A stretch of 64,000 bases of DNA from a virus: IMG/VR virus record IMGVR_UViG_3300046370_000585, positions 6,697 through 70,696 of that record; one strand, given 5' to 3'. Below the pieces are notes generated by a model. The model saw nothing but the letters and a program-made list of their open reading frames with translations. It searched no databases and had not been told where the DNA came from. Positions 11,001 through 23,012 of the stretch are shown piece after piece (the first letter of the stretch is position 1; each line of letters begins with the position of its first letter). Made by a program: the position numbers and the translations under genes.

Positions 11001-11705
11001 GCGTGTTCTTTTTGCTATTCTTATTTCAATTATGGTTCATACTAACAGGAAGAGAATAATGAAGTGCCCGATTTCAAATAAAGACGACATGATGGACGAT
11101 TGTCATATAACCATAGAGTTTGGCTATGGCAGCGATAAAGATTTAACAACATATACATTTTCGCCAGTACATGACGAAGTTGGCAAAAAAGTATTAGCGT
11201 ATATCCAATCCATCTCAGGAAAAGGGGTTGATATAGAAAACTTTGCAAGAGATGTAATGGATGAAACTTTTAATAATTAGTCATGTTAAACAATTATAAT
11301 TTAAAACTTAACCAAGAATTATCCAAGCTAAGAGCAGAGACTCCTGAATCTATAAAAGCAGAAGAAATTCTAAATAACTCCAATTCAATAGAAGAATTAA
11401 ATAAGTTATTAAAAGAGCTTCCCGAAAATGAATTCGAACCAGTGGCAGAACAAATAATCAAAAAATTACGAGAAGAAAGTCTTGACTAAACAAACAAGCT
11501 GTGTTAATCTATAATCATGACAAAATTAAAATTACTAGCAGTAACAATTTACGCTTTTTACGCCTTCGGCTGCCAAAGCAATCAGCATAAATACAACATA
11601 AAATGGCAAGATTCTTTTCAAAATCACTTGCCAGACGAAATGCAACATAAGCTAGTAAATAGGCACGAACAAAATCAAAAAGAATTTTTTGTATCATTAA
11701 AGTAA
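8041..11705 (+). other. Cluster of small hypothetical CDSs
   Basis: Closely packed ORFs of 55-140 aa (starts at 8041, 8222, 8388, 8781, 8996, 9443, 10246, 10662, 11283, 11517 and others) with abutting or overlapping start and stop codons. Confidence 0.6.
9984..10226 (-). CDS. Ribbon-helix-helix/HicB-C-like DNA-binding protein
   Basis: IKLRITKKMFDEWSQWAAHQNISLDKYIKSSVE fits the beta-alpha-alpha RHH pattern. Confidence 0.45.
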   Translation of the reverse strand: MSESEKYIDPDEKLEFKEIKLRITKKMFDEWSQWAAHQNISLDKYIKSSVESQALREVIISYLDERAKSKPWWEKKYHDL

Positions 11706-11707
11706 AA

Positions 11708-12730
11708 ATGAACGAACAAGTCCTAGGCTTAACCTGCATAAGTGAAGAACTAAAAGAGAAAGATAAACAAAAATATTCTTTCCGAACTATGACGCGTAAG
11801 CGTTTCAACGATTTATGCGAAAGAGAAAGTAGAGATGAAGCAATTAAACAGCTATCTGAAAGAATTTTACATAATGTTATTGTCACTCAGTACATTGTTA
11901 ATCATTGTATCAATTCAAATATTCATCATTATCGCCTTAGCTCTGCTTTATTTCCCCTTCTTACTGATGAAACTTTGGGAATATCTCTTGACGAACTTCC
12001 ACACAAAGCCCAAATAGAGGAAGAGCTTAGACTCGCAGGAGTGATAGCCTTTACTTTCAAAATTTCAATCGGCTCTCACCCCGATCAATTTAATGTTCTT
12101 GCGTCAAATAATAAAGATGCAGTAAGAAGAACTATTAATGAATTGAATTTTCAAGCGAGCATCTTAGATAAGCTAGGCTTACCTCAAGATCATACTGCTC
12201 CAATGAATATTCATATCAATTATACCCCTCAAGCCGACGAGACCCTAGAAGTAGTTGCAGCTAGATTCTTTCGCAACCTCTCTATGTGCAACAAAGGTGT
12301 CTACAACCGCCTAACTATCGAGAATGAAGATAAAGGTTTCTTTAATGTAGATAACTGCATCAAACTTAGCGAGTATTTGTTTGCCGTGTTCGGTGTGAAT
12401 ATCCCTGTTTGTTATGACAACTTACATGATTTTTGCAACCCATCAGAAGAGCGTAATCTTATATTTCAAGCAGAGCGTTGCGCGAATACATGGATAAATC
12501 AAGGAGCTGGAGACAACAACTTTATTGCCCCTGTTTTTCATTGGTCAGAAGGTAGACCTGATAAGCCAAGAGCTCATGCAGATTATTTTGCGTTAGGCAA
12601 TCAACCTCCTCATATCGCAATTGATCCCGATCAGCCTGCAAAATGGGAATGCGAAGTTAAAGCTAAAGATAAAGCGATAAAAGTTCTAAGGAAAAATATT
12701 GCAGAAAAAAATACAGAAGCGTTGACATGA
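11708..12730 (+). CDS. uvsE: UV DNA damage endonuclease (UvsE/UVDE)
   Basis: YRLSSALFP, HPDQFNVLAS, NIH, RLTIENEDK, YDNLH, FHWSE, AHAD and EVKAKDKA motifs. Confidence 0.9.
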   Translation: MNEQVLGLTCISEELKEKDKQKYSFRTMTRKRFNDLCERESRDEAIKQLSERILHNVIVTQYIVNHCINSNIHHYRLSSALFPLLTDETLGISLDELPHKAQIEEELRLAGVIAFTFKISIGSHPDQFNVLASNNKDAVRRTINELNFQASILDKLGLPQDHTAPMNIHINYTPQADETLEVVAARFFRNLSMCNKGVYNRLTIENEDKGFFNVDNCIKLSEYLFAVFGVNIPVCYDNLHDFCNPSEERNLIFQAERCANTWINQGAGDNNFIAPVFHWSEGRPDKPRAHADYFALGNQPPHIAIDPDQPAKWECEVKAKDKAIKVLRKNIAEKNTEALT

Positions 12731-13278
12731 AAAAAAACAACAAAGAACTATGCATAGGAGATAACATAAAAGAAAAATCTTTTAAATTGCGAAGGCGAGT
12801 TGGTCAAATAATATCAATACTTGAAGATAACCCCTCAAATCCAACACTAGAATGCATATCCATTCACCCGAAAACATTATTACCTTCGGAAAACATATTT
12901 GGTGAGTTTAGGAGATTTAAAATCAAGAGAAATAATGTCAAATATTATGTTCCTCGCCACAAACTTTTTAAAAAGAAAACATTTAGTGTCGGTGGGTTTT
13001 GCTCGTATAGAGGTGCAACTAGAATTAGATATGGAAGGATTATGGGGTATTTAAATAGAGAAGAAGGTTTATACCCTCATTCTTATGACCTACAAGAGCA
13101 TAACGGAAAAGATTTATTGCAGTGCGTAGAAATTAATCCCGATAATTTAAAAAGAATTTTAGACGCAGACAATCATCCAAATATTTTTATCGCAGACCCA
13201 AATAAGTGCAAGGTTGTAGATGTCCTAGATAAAGATGAAAACGGAAATACTATAATCGCAAGAAGACTGGATATATAA
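12727..13278 (+). CDS. Hypothetical protein with two similar beta-rich halves
   Basis: GQIISIL...LECISIHPKTL resembles GRIMGYL...LQCVEINPDNL. Confidence 0.55.
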   Translation: MKKNNKELCIGDNIKEKSFKLRRRVGQIISILEDNPSNPTLECISIHPKTLLPSENIFGEFRRFKIKRNNVKYYVPRHKLFKKKTFSVGGFCSYRGATRIRYGRIMGYLNREEGLYPHSYDLQEHNGKDLLQCVEINPDNLKRILDADNHPNIFIADPNKCKVVDVLDKDENGNTIIARRLDI

Positions 13279-13457
13279 TGAATCTTTTATGGAATCTTTT
13301 ATTTATTATAGGAATTATAGCTATAAGTTGTTTATTAATGATTGAACTATGAGTAAAACAAAATCCCAAAATGGCAAAGGGGATTCTCCCCGAAATAATA
13401 ATTCGAAAAAATTTAAAGACAATTATTCCAAAATCAATTGGAAGAGCAAAAGAAAAA

Positions 13458-13952
13458 ATGATCAAAACAGAAAATCTTGAATTAATCAATGGAAATCTCT
13501 TAGATTTTCCAAACGGAATTAACAGAATTGCTCATTCCTGCAACACTCATAATATTATGGGAGCAGGAATTGCGAAACAAATTAAATATCGCTACCCGCA
13601 TTCATACGCTTCTGATTGTGAAGCCATGATGCAAGGAGAAAATTCTTTAGGCAATTGGAGCTTCGCATGGGCAGATTCTACGCTAGAAAAAGGAATATAT
13701 AATATGTATACTCAAGAAAAACTTGGGGGGAATAGGGCAGTAAATTATGAAGCATTTTACAATTCTCTAGAATTTGTTGCAAAAAATTTAGAGTATCATT
13801 ACCTGCATAATGATGGAGATATTATTTTTGGCTTGCCTTATGGAATTTCCTGCGGACTTGCGGGAGGGAGTTCAAGAATCATCAATACAATGATCCACGA
13901 TATTTTAGTTGACATGCCGTTTAAAACATATATAGTTAAATACAATGAATAA
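13458..13952 (+). CDS. Macro domain (ADP-ribose-binding/hydrolase) protein
   Basis: INGNLLD, IAHSCN, MGAGIAKQIK..YP, IYNMYTQ and PYGISCGLAGG. Probable start is MIKTEN. Confidence 0.85.
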   Translation: MIKTENLELINGNLLDFPNGINRIAHSCNTHNIMGAGIAKQIKYRYPHSYASDCEAMMQGENSLGNWSFAWADSTLEKGIYNMYTQEKLGGNRAVNYEAFYNSLEFVAKNLEYHYLHNDGDIIFGLPYGISCGLAGGSSRIINTMIHDILVDMPFKTYIVKYNE

Positions 13953-14510
13953 ATTAGAAGAAGCAATGAGCAACATGTCTAACATTCAAGATGATATTAA
14001 TGCACTTATTTATGCTATCGGAGATTCGCCTCGAATATATAAGGAAGACGAATTACTAAATATGCTAATTGGCATGAATCAGTTATATAAAACTCGCTAT
14101 GAAATGATGTGGCAAGAATATGAAAATTCCAAAAAAGGAGATCCGCATAACTTTGACGACTTGAACTTTCAACAATTTAAAAATTTAAAAAATAAACAGT
14201 AGCACAATCTATATAACATGAAATTATCACTAACATTACATAACAAAACTTACAGCGTTGAATCTGATGAAGCTTTTGATGGGATAAATGTTACCGAGCT
14301 GGCAGAACAATTTAAAGGCTTGCTTGTTAACGCAGGATTCCACCCAAGCAATGTAGACGAATTATTTAACATAGAGTATCAATGGTTCACAGAAGAAGAA
14401 AGGCACGGTAACCTGCAAGGACATTTAGGCAATTATGAAAAAACAAAAAAAAGAATCGAAGAGTGGCAACAAAATTTGTACAATCAAGATGACGATGATA
14501 TTTTTGAAAA

Positions 14511-14801
14511 ATGAAAACAACTGAATTACAAATAAAAGAAAACAACAAAGGAGAATTGTATTTCAATATCCCCGATGATGTACTCGAAAGAATAGGATGG
14601 GAAGAAGGCGATGAAGTAAAATTCGTAGAACAAGGCGACAGCTTTTTATTAAAAAAAGTTAAATATGAAAGTGTTGAGCTTGATTTAGATGAGGAAGATT
14701 TACTCAAATATATGACTTATGCACACGAGCAAAACATAACATTCAATCAATTCTGCGAGCAAGCAATCGAAGCAAAATTAGAACAAGATGACAGAAAATA
14801 G
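14511..14801 (+). CDS. AbrB/MazE/SpoVT-like DNA-binding protein
   Basis: GELYFNIPDDVLERIGWEEGDEVKF, followed by an RHH-like C-terminus (AHEQNITFNQFCEQAI). Confidence 0.65.
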   Translation: MKTTELQIKENNKGELYFNIPDDVLERIGWEEGDEVKFVEQGDSFLLKKVKYESVELDLDEEDLLKYMTYAHEQNITFNQFCEQAIEAKLEQDDRK

Positions 14802-15399
14802 TTATATCGCTCCCAAGGGAGGCTATAAATTAATAATCAAAGATCGAAAATCTAAAGAAGAAATTTTAATAATTGAGTCAGAGGATTGTCAAGAATTAAT
14901 ATCACTGGCAAGCGAATATGACAAGCAAAAATTTTCATTTACCCTTTGTGGTAAAGATATATTTTTATCAGAGCAATGAATTATAAAATAATGAACAAAG
15001 TGCAAGAAAATATCGAAAAATTCAGAGAGCTAAATAAGCAAATAAATGATCTAGAAATTGAGCTAGAATGGGCAGAAAATCAGTTAAATGATTATAGATA
15101 CATATCAGAATTAGAAAAGAAAATAGATAATTTATATGCAAAACTCGAAGAGTATGAAGAAGCCCCACAATCTTAGTTTAAAAATGCCATTTAGCGGCTA
15201 TCAAGAGCCCGTGCAAATTCAATATTCAGCAGATCAAATAAGAAAAAGAGTTTCTTATAATTTTTGGAAACCTATCGTTGAAAATATGTCTTGGATGCCA
15301 TTTGCAAATTTAGTCAATGCGACAGCTTTAGTATGGTCAAAAATGGATGATAGACATAATTTCGGAACTAATAAACAAGCCTATTATGACCTAGAATCG

Positions 15400-16188
15400 C
15401 TAGTGTTTTGTCTGCTGGAGTCTAAAGGCGATATAACCTTGTAATAGATGTGCAACTTTTGCCCAAACTTTTTTAAATTTTTTAATTCCTTTATACGCAG
15501 GCTCTCCATCTGCTCGAATTTTTAAAAAACGAAAATTAATTTCACAAATATTAATATTTTCTTTAACAGATTTTATTCTAAGTAAATTTTCGTAATCTTG
15601 CATTTTTAATCCAAGCTTGTAAAACCCTTCTAAAAGAAGGGCGACGCTATCAATATTCCCTGCATAAAAACCATTAGTAATCCCTTTATCTAAATAACCT
15701 TTATTTTGATCAGAAACAATAACGCAATCATGCTTAAACCAATTTAAATCAATTTCCTTTTCAAACCAAAAGTCAGAACAAAATACAATAGCTTTATCAA
15801 AATTATTTTTATTTTTTAACAATTTCTTAGAAACATTGTGTTCGAGAAATTTTTGCTGAAATGGATGAAAACCATGCACGGAATAATATTTTGCTGAAAA
15901 AGTTGCTCGCAACCTCCATGGTTTATAATATTTTCTAATTATTTTATTTATATTTGGTTGAATATATTTTTGGTAATTATTTGACCTTAAAATTTTTTCA
16001 TCAATTTGTTCCTGAATTCTACCGTCAATTTTAAAAGCAAAATTATCAATATAATGTATTTCATATAAAATATTCTCATTCTCTAATATTTTATAAATTT
16101 TTTCGTGATGATTTCCATCGGTAATCGTCAAAGACCTTGAGAAGCAACCAAATACAACTACTAATACTTTTGTTTTTTCTGTTGACAT
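15400..16188 (-). CDS. Hypothetical protein, possibly glycan-related
   Basis: 262-aa ORF antisense to its neighbours, preceded by a GTGTA motif; no firm family motif. Confidence 0.5.
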   Translation of the reverse strand: MSTEKTKVLVVVFGCFSRSLTITDGNHHEKIYKILENENILYEIHYIDNFAFKIDGRIQEQIDEKILRSNNYQKYIQPNINKIIRKYYKPWRLRATFSAKYYSVHGFHPFQQKFLEHNVSKKLLKNKNNFDKAIVFCSDFWFEKEIDLNWFKHDCVIVSDQNKGYLDKGITNGFYAGNIDSVALLLEGFYKLGLKMQDYENLLRIKSVKENINICEINFRFLKIRADGEPAYKGIKKFKKVWAKVAHLLQGYIAFRLQQTKH

Positions 16189-16217
16189 AACTGAAAATAT
16201 CTAGTAATATATACACA

Positions 16218-16388
16218 ATGAAAAGAATTTTTAATAAGTTCATAATGTTTTTTCAAAAAAAGAAAATAAAAAAGCAAATTAATAATTCAATAAATAAAAA
16301 CGAAAAAATTTTAGAACAAATAAACGATCACATGGATTATGATGGAATGGGTAATTACGGAAGATTCCCACCAACCAAAGAGAAGTAA
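16218..16388 (+). CDS. Small protein with MDYDGMGN motif (56 aa, not in ORF track)
   Basis: MKRIFNKF...DHMDYDGMGNYGRFPPTKEK*. Its TAA overlaps the next ATG. Confidence 0.65.
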   Translation: MKRIFNKFIMFFQKKKIKKQINNSINKNEKILEQINDHMDYDGMGNYGRFPPTKEK

Positions 16389-16705
16389 TGAAAAAATATT
16401 TATCAATCATAGCAGTAGTCCTCATGGGTTGCAATCATTCTGCCAACCTAAAACCCGAAGACACTAAATTATCTCGCTCATTAGAAATGCAAAAAGAAAT
16501 AAATTATATATTATCTTTAGATGAAGCATATAAAATGGAAGAGAAAATGTATTTAGAGGAAATACGCAAAGCTCAAGCACATGATGACGAAGATGCATTT
16601 ATGTTTTTTCTTCGAGAGTATGCTAAAGTAAAAAGATTAGATTTGCCCGAATGGATAAAAAAAGAACCAAATTATATTGAGGGCGGAGTAAATATAAAAT
16701 ATTAA
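16388..16705 (+). CDS. Putative lipoprotein
   Basis: MKKYLSIIAVVLMGC is a lipobox-like signal. Confidence 0.55.
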   Translation: MKKYLSIIAVVLMGCNHSANLKPEDTKLSRSLEMQKEINYILSLDEAYKMEEKMYLEEIRKAQAHDDEDAFMFFLREYAKVKRLDLPEWIKKEPNYIEGGVNIKY

Positions 16706-17232
16706 TTTATGTAGATGGGTTGACCTCTTTTCCCTGCTTGATCAACAAAAAAAGACTAGCAAGTAATTCGATTACTACTATATCGGAGTTAGTCATGGAC
16801 ACTCTCCATGCAAATATTTAAACTATGAAAATAAAATTAGGGATACGAGGAAGTACAGATGCAATCAATCATATTATCATCAAGATAGATGATCTTATGC
16901 TTGTAACTGCTGACAATTTATTTTTAACAGGAGAAGAAGGTAGAGAAAAAACAGGAAAAAATTTAGTTCAATTATTAAATTCCCTATCGAAAGATCACGA
17001 AATATCTGTTAAAAAAAATCTTGCCAAAGAAATTGAAAGAGAACTAAACTTAAATGGAGAGATAATCGAATATAGCGATAAAGATGAATAGTTGGACTAA
17101 AAAAGATATATTACTATTAACTTACTCAGTCTTAATGAATTTAGTCACCCTTACAATAATTCTGTTGGCAGTATGTAGCTAAAAAGAAAAGGCTTGACAA
17201 ATTTCAAAACCGAGAATATACTTTAATGTATT

Positions 17233-17811
17233 ATGAGTGGAGAAGGATTATCAGTTAGCTTTAGAAGAACGGCAATGACCCAAAAGTCAAATCAAGAACT
17301 TCTTAGGAAGTTTCAAGGTTTAGTTTATTCTAATAAAAAAATAATGTCGCACATGAAATGGTATGGTCATGCTCATAGTGTTACACTAGAAGAACATGGA
17401 GATGAAGAGTTGGCAGAATGGCAACGAGAAGGAGTTGCCATCAAAGATACTTTTTGTTTTTGTATTAGCCTGTATGAGTCTTGGCATGAAGATGCAGACA
17501 TATACGAATCTCACAGCAGGGATGATAGTTTCGTTTCTCTTGCTAGAGAATTTGCAAAGAATAATGGGTTGATGTATTTTTCAGAAGGCTTTCCTGCTGA
17601 GTGGATAGAGACAGAAACCATTGATGGTGAAAAATGCTGGAATCATTTTAATGTAAAGTCCGATGATAAAAACATTGACAAAATATGTAAAATATGGGAG
17701 AATTATGGAATGTCTATGGTTAGAGCAGAACAATCGGGAGAATACGAAGAGGTAAGGAGTTCAATTTGGTCATCAGCAAGAGATGATATTAAAGCAGTAA
17801 TGGAGAAATAA
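17233..17811 (+). CDS. Hypothetical protein
   Basis: 192-aa ORF downstream of TTGACA-N17-TATACT (17194-17222). Confidence 0.7.
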   Translation: MSGEGLSVSFRRTAMTQKSNQELLRKFQGLVYSNKKIMSHMKWYGHAHSVTLEEHGDEELAEWQREGVAIKDTFCFCISLYESWHEDADIYESHSRDDSFVSLAREFAKNNGLMYFSEGFPAEWIETETIDGEKCWNHFNVKSDDKNIDKICKIWENYGMSMVRAEQSGEYEEVRSSIWSSARDDIKAVMEK

Positions 17812-19378
17812 TATGAGCAAACTTAATAGAGCCGCCCCAATTAGCGTGAAAAAAACAACAAATAAAATAATTAATTTATGCAAGCAGTTGCAAGAGCTTC
17901 CTTTGAACGATGATGACAAAGAAGACTTACTGCATTGCGAAATATATCTATCCAAAATAAAAGTAAAACACGACAAATAAAATATGAACTTTATACATGA
18001 CAAATCGCCCTTGGACAAATATGTCCTCATAGACACAAGTCTTAAACCATCTTACGCTAGACTCAGTAAAGCAGTAGACTTGACAGAAGCAGAAGCTCGG
18101 CAAAAGAATTACGCTTTCTCAATGAATCGCTCTCAAAAAAAATACATAAAGGAATTAGAGTGGAATAAGCAATGAAAGACGAAATTTTAGTTGAAGAAAA
18201 ATATATAAAGAATAGAAGTAACCCACTTTATGTTATTACATCTTTTCACGCAAAAGCAATAAATAATATGACTCGCAAAAAAAGCGTTGACGAGGTAGAC
18301 TTGCAGTCTCTAAGCGACTTGGGTTATGCAATAGCTCTAAATAAATTAGATGCCTATGGGAGCAAAACTTATATAAAACACAACCTTAGAACACGCAAAG
18401 AACAAAGACATCGTTGAATTATAAATATAATATAACTTTTTTTCTTGACGATAACCCTAACAACGAAGAGCGATCACGACAAATAATAGGATTTAAGTCA
18501 AAAAAGAATATGATAAATTATCTAAATTCAAATAAAAACGAACTAAATAAACTAACTAGCGTTCAACTTAATTTCAAACAAATATCTTTAGCATTAAGTC
18601 AATCATCATGGAGAATAAAGAAAACAAAATAGTCGATCAAATGGTTTCAGATTTGATGGAAATTTATTACAGAGATTATGTAAATTATGAAGAAAAATCT
18701 TCTCCAAAATTAACAGAAAAACAAGTCAATGAACTTATGAAAGAGGTCGAAAAAGCCAAAACACAAAGAAGGATAGATGAATCAACTGAGGGTAGAGGCT
18801 TGTATTGATAAATGTTTGATGATGGAATAAATAATGAGTTTGAACAAGCTCATCAAAAAGGCTTAAATAGAGGCTTTGATTTAGGGTGGTCATATAAAGG
18901 AAGGTTTGATCGCCAAATAATAGAGGATGAAATAAGCTCGCTAGAAAAACAATGCAATAAAGTTTCAGATCCCGAAACAAAATTAAGATTTCTTTCGCAA
19001 AAAGATAGCTTGCGAAAAGTTTTATCACAAATAAAAAACCATCCATCCAACAGAGAAAACATTACCTTCAATAGTTGGTAGTTAGTTTTATCTAAAATAT
19101 TTTTCAACTATTACTTAAAAAATGCGTTGACATTCCCTAATAAGTCTGTCAGGATGTATTTATGTCAAACAAACGAGGAAGAAAAAAAGGCTATTGTCCT
19201 TATGTAGATATTACCTACGAGTCACTAGGAGATTACCTTGGCAAGAAAGGTATCGTAAGAGTGAGTAGAGCTTGGTTAGAAACTTTAGGCTATGAAGTTT
19301 CGGAGCAACAGGAAATAGTTTTACCACAAATAATTCTAACAGAAAAACAATCAAATAAAGTAGAAGAGGAGTCCAAAA

Positions 19379-20359
19379 TTGAATACAAACTTACACACTT
19401 TGAATAGGCATAAAAGATATTTCCCCGAACTTATCGGGCAGTTAGCTGTAAAGAAAAAATTATCTTTTTACCTTGATGCTTTTGAGGCAACAAGCCTTTC
19501 GCCATTTTTATGCCTTGTAGGTGCTAAAGGTTTAGGCAAGACTGAATTCGCAAAAGCGTATGCAAAAAACCTGCATAATGATGACGGAAAAGGTAGAGCC
19601 TTCCTTGAGCTTAATTGTTCAACAATAAAAAATAATGAACAATTTTTTGAGCAAATATTCATGCCATTGATTCACGACAATGAAATAACTATTTTATTTG
19701 ACGAAGCTCATGCTTTGCCAAAAGATTTGACTATGGCATTTCTAACTATTTTCAATACAGAAAAAAATCATACTAAAAATTTTGAGTGGGATGGAATGAA
19801 TTTTGAGTTTAATTTTAAGCGTCAAACTTTTATTTTCGCAACAACAGAAAGTGATAAAATATTCCCACCACTAAAAGATAGATTAACGACTATTGATTTT
19901 GAACCTTATTCAAGGGAAGAGCTTGCACAAATCCTAAAGCTCTGCACTCCAAATATTACATTTACAGATGGTGCGTTGGCTAAAGTTGCAAGATCAGTTC
20001 GCAATAACCCTCGCAATGCAGTTATGCGTTCTAAGGAAATTGTATTGTTTTGTGCGAGTAAAAATACTAATCATTTTACCGAAAAATCATTTGATGAACT
20101 TTCGGACGCAATAGGCATTTTACCATACGGAATTTCTTATACCGAGAGACAGATACTAGATGTACTCAAAGAATGTGGAAGTTGCTCCTTAACCACTCTT
20201 TCTGCGAAGATTGGTTTAAGTCCATCAGCTATTCGTCGTGACCATGAAATGTATTTGCTCAATAAAAATCTCATGGAAATTGACGGCAAGCGTAAGATTA
20301 CTGCTCAAGGCATCAAGGTTTCTGATCTTGCCCACGCAACGCTCACCTCAGAAGGGTAA
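19379..20359 (+). CDS. RuvB-like AAA+ ATPase (Holliday-junction branch migration family)
   Basis: F.ELIGQ, GAKGLGKT (Walker A), LFDEAH (Walker B), IFATT, PLKDR, NPRNA, and a C-terminal wHTH (EMYLL...RKIT.QG). Start codon uncertain. Confidence 0.8.
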   Translation: MNTNLHTLNRHKRYFPELIGQLAVKKKLSFYLDAFEATSLSPFLCLVGAKGLGKTEFAKAYAKNLHNDDGKGRAFLELNCSTIKNNEQFFEQIFMPLIHDNEITILFDEAHALPKDLTMAFLTIFNTEKNHTKNFEWDGMNFEFNFKRQTFIFATTESDKIFPPLKDRLTTIDFEPYSREELAQILKLCTPNITFTDGALAKVARSVRNNPRNAVMRSKEIVLFCASKNTNHFTEKSFDELSDAIGILPYGISYTERQILDVLKECGSCSLTTLSAKIGLSPSAIRRDHEMYLLNKNLMEIDGKRKITAQGIKVSDLAHATLTSEG

Positions 20360-20439
20360 AACTTTTTTTAGAAAAATGTTGACATCGACAGCCAATCTGT
20401 CATGCTGAAAGAATAACAACTCAAATTAGGAATAAATAA

Positions 20440-22980
20440 TTATGCAAGAAATAATAGATAAAATATACGAGCGTATGCAGTTTTGTGCAGATGCTCAAGC
20501 AACAACACAAGAAGAAGAACACAATTACATTCTTGAACTAAGTTGCTTAAACGAAGTTTTAGATCAAATAGAGGGATTCCCTTGGAATCATTTTGAAAAT
20601 GAGTGTGAGTAATTCATATAGCGTTGCAGTTCCCTTTACCCAACAAGAGTTGGAAGAGATGTTGTACGAAGATAAAGAATTCACATGGACATTTGATACA
20701 AGTGAAGATAAAAATGTTGTGATTACATTGCACTTAGCAAAAGATCACGGAGAGGAATAAATTATTATGGAAATGAGAGCATATCTAATTGAGCATTTAA
20801 GAGAGTTAGTTAAGCGAGAGCAAATACCTCAACATCATGCACAAGATGTGCTTGAGCTTTATGATGATGAATGTGATGACACAAGCGAAAATACTGCTTA
20901 CGATAAAGCAATGCAAGATATAGACAACATTATAGCAGGAGAGTGGGATTTATAAATGAAAATAAAAACTTATGAAATAGAAATAAGTAGCAAGACCTCT
21001 CGCACTTATTATATTGATGCAGAATCAGCAGATGAAGCGATAGAGAGAGCTTTTTATGAGCTAGACCATGATTGGGAAATAAGTACGGCATGGAAGGACG
21101 GAGCAGAGATTGAGAGTTGTGAACCTTATTTTCTCGATGAAAATGGACGCAAGGTGGTGGGTACATCCCACATGGATGACGATCAATTTGGTGCGTACAT
21201 CGGAGGAGAAGAAGCAGACGCAATGGATTATGATGGCATGGGAAATCATAAAAGGTAATAAAAGGCTTGACACATCGCAACAACCTGTCATTATGGAAGC
21301 ATGAAGATAAAAAATAAATGGGACGAAGAGTTTGAAGTGAGAGTTGGAGACTATGTAGGATTCAAATGTGACATTGAACAAATTGGGAAAGTAAAAGAGA
21401 TTCAAAGAAGAGGAGCATTGATAGTTGAAAACAAAAATGGATTCGATGGAGACTACATTGGTGGAGATACGGAAGTGTTGGTTGGATTTGATGAAGTATG
21501 GAAAGAATGAATTGGCACATAGAGATAACTAAAGGTGGAGCAGAGATTCATGTATCTTCTTCAAAAGAATCTATTTTTATTGGAGAAGGATATACCAAAC
21601 AGGAACAAGCAAGAAGTTTAGAACTTGCAAATATTATCGTAAAAGCACTAAATAAACATGAGAACAACTGAAAGGCAAACTAGAGAAGGTGAACCAACTA
21701 TTGATGATATGCGTTATGATCTTGCAGAGCAAGAAGCAATGAACATTAGCGTTGGTCAAATCATTGAAATATTATTAGATGGTGTTCAAGGACTGAATGA
21801 AATTCCCGACATCGAAATCAAAGATGAATGGGAATCAATGTTTGAAGATTCAAAATAATGAGATTAACAAAATATCAAAAAGCACGATTACTAGAATTTG
21901 AATGGGATGCAGTACAAAACAAAGATGGACAAAATTGCCGTTGGTTAGAACTAAGCCCCGAAGACGGAACAATTTTCAATGAAGCCTGTAAAGTTTTAGA
22001 CTTGACAGGAGATGCAGATTATGTTCAACTACTTATCGTAGGCACAAAAGAAATACATAACGAAGAAAAATAAATATGAGTTTAGCAAGAGAAGTTAATG
22101 ACAGGCTTGATGCAATTCTTGCATTAGGCAAAACAGATAAGAGCAAAAAAGCGATACAAACAATAATAGATGAATTGAATATTCTAACACATAAAGGTCA
22201 AAACATCAGAAACATATTTACAAATATTTATTATGTAAATGATTTTTCTCAAGATAGGAAAATATCAAATGAATCTAAGGCAAGCAACTAAGAGCTTTCC
22301 ACAACAATCAAACAAATAAAACCAAATAAAAATGAATAATGTTACAAATATAGATTACGAATTGCTTGCAGAGCAAAGAGAAGTTTTACTTAATTCAATT
22401 TGGCAAGATGAACAATCTCCACTTTGGGGAGTAGTTGACTTGCTAGATGAACTCATTAACGCAGATGAACTTGTCAAAGTAAATCGCTGATTTGAAAAAA
22501 AAGGCTTGACATCTTTTGGTAACTTGTCATACTTGTAGATATGAATGAGATAAACAAGCAAGATGTAAGTATCGAAAAAATAGCGAGCGAGCTAGAAAAA
22601 CTAAACCAAACATTAGTGCTAATTGCACAAATTTTAAGAAACAAATGAAAATTATGAATGTAGATATTATTTACGCAAGTGATGTAGAAGAATTTTTCTA
22701 CAAAGACAATAATGAAGCAGTACCAAATGGCGAGCTTGTCGGTTTTGATGTTGACACAGGAAATGAAGTAGAACTTGTGTTAGATTCAAATATTTATTGG
22801 AATCCCGATGCGTCCGTGGAATAGTCTTAATTCAAGAGGAAAACTTGTGCTATTGGCTTGCGTAATGAATGTCTGTTTTGCAGTATTCTTTGCAGTCAAC
22901 GGCAGTTGGTTCTCGATACCAACTTTATTTTGTGCAATATTCTGTGGAATAGGCACATATTCAGATAAATACAAACAATA
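20440..22980 (+). other. Cluster of small, mostly acidic early-type hypothetical CDSs
   Basis: ORFs at 20767, 20956, 21301, 21658, 21858, 22076 and smaller ones, with interspersed TTGACA promoters (20379, 21267, 22506). Confidence 0.6.
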
Positions 22981-23012
22981 AAAAGTGTAATTATAAGCGA
23001 AAGGAACACACC

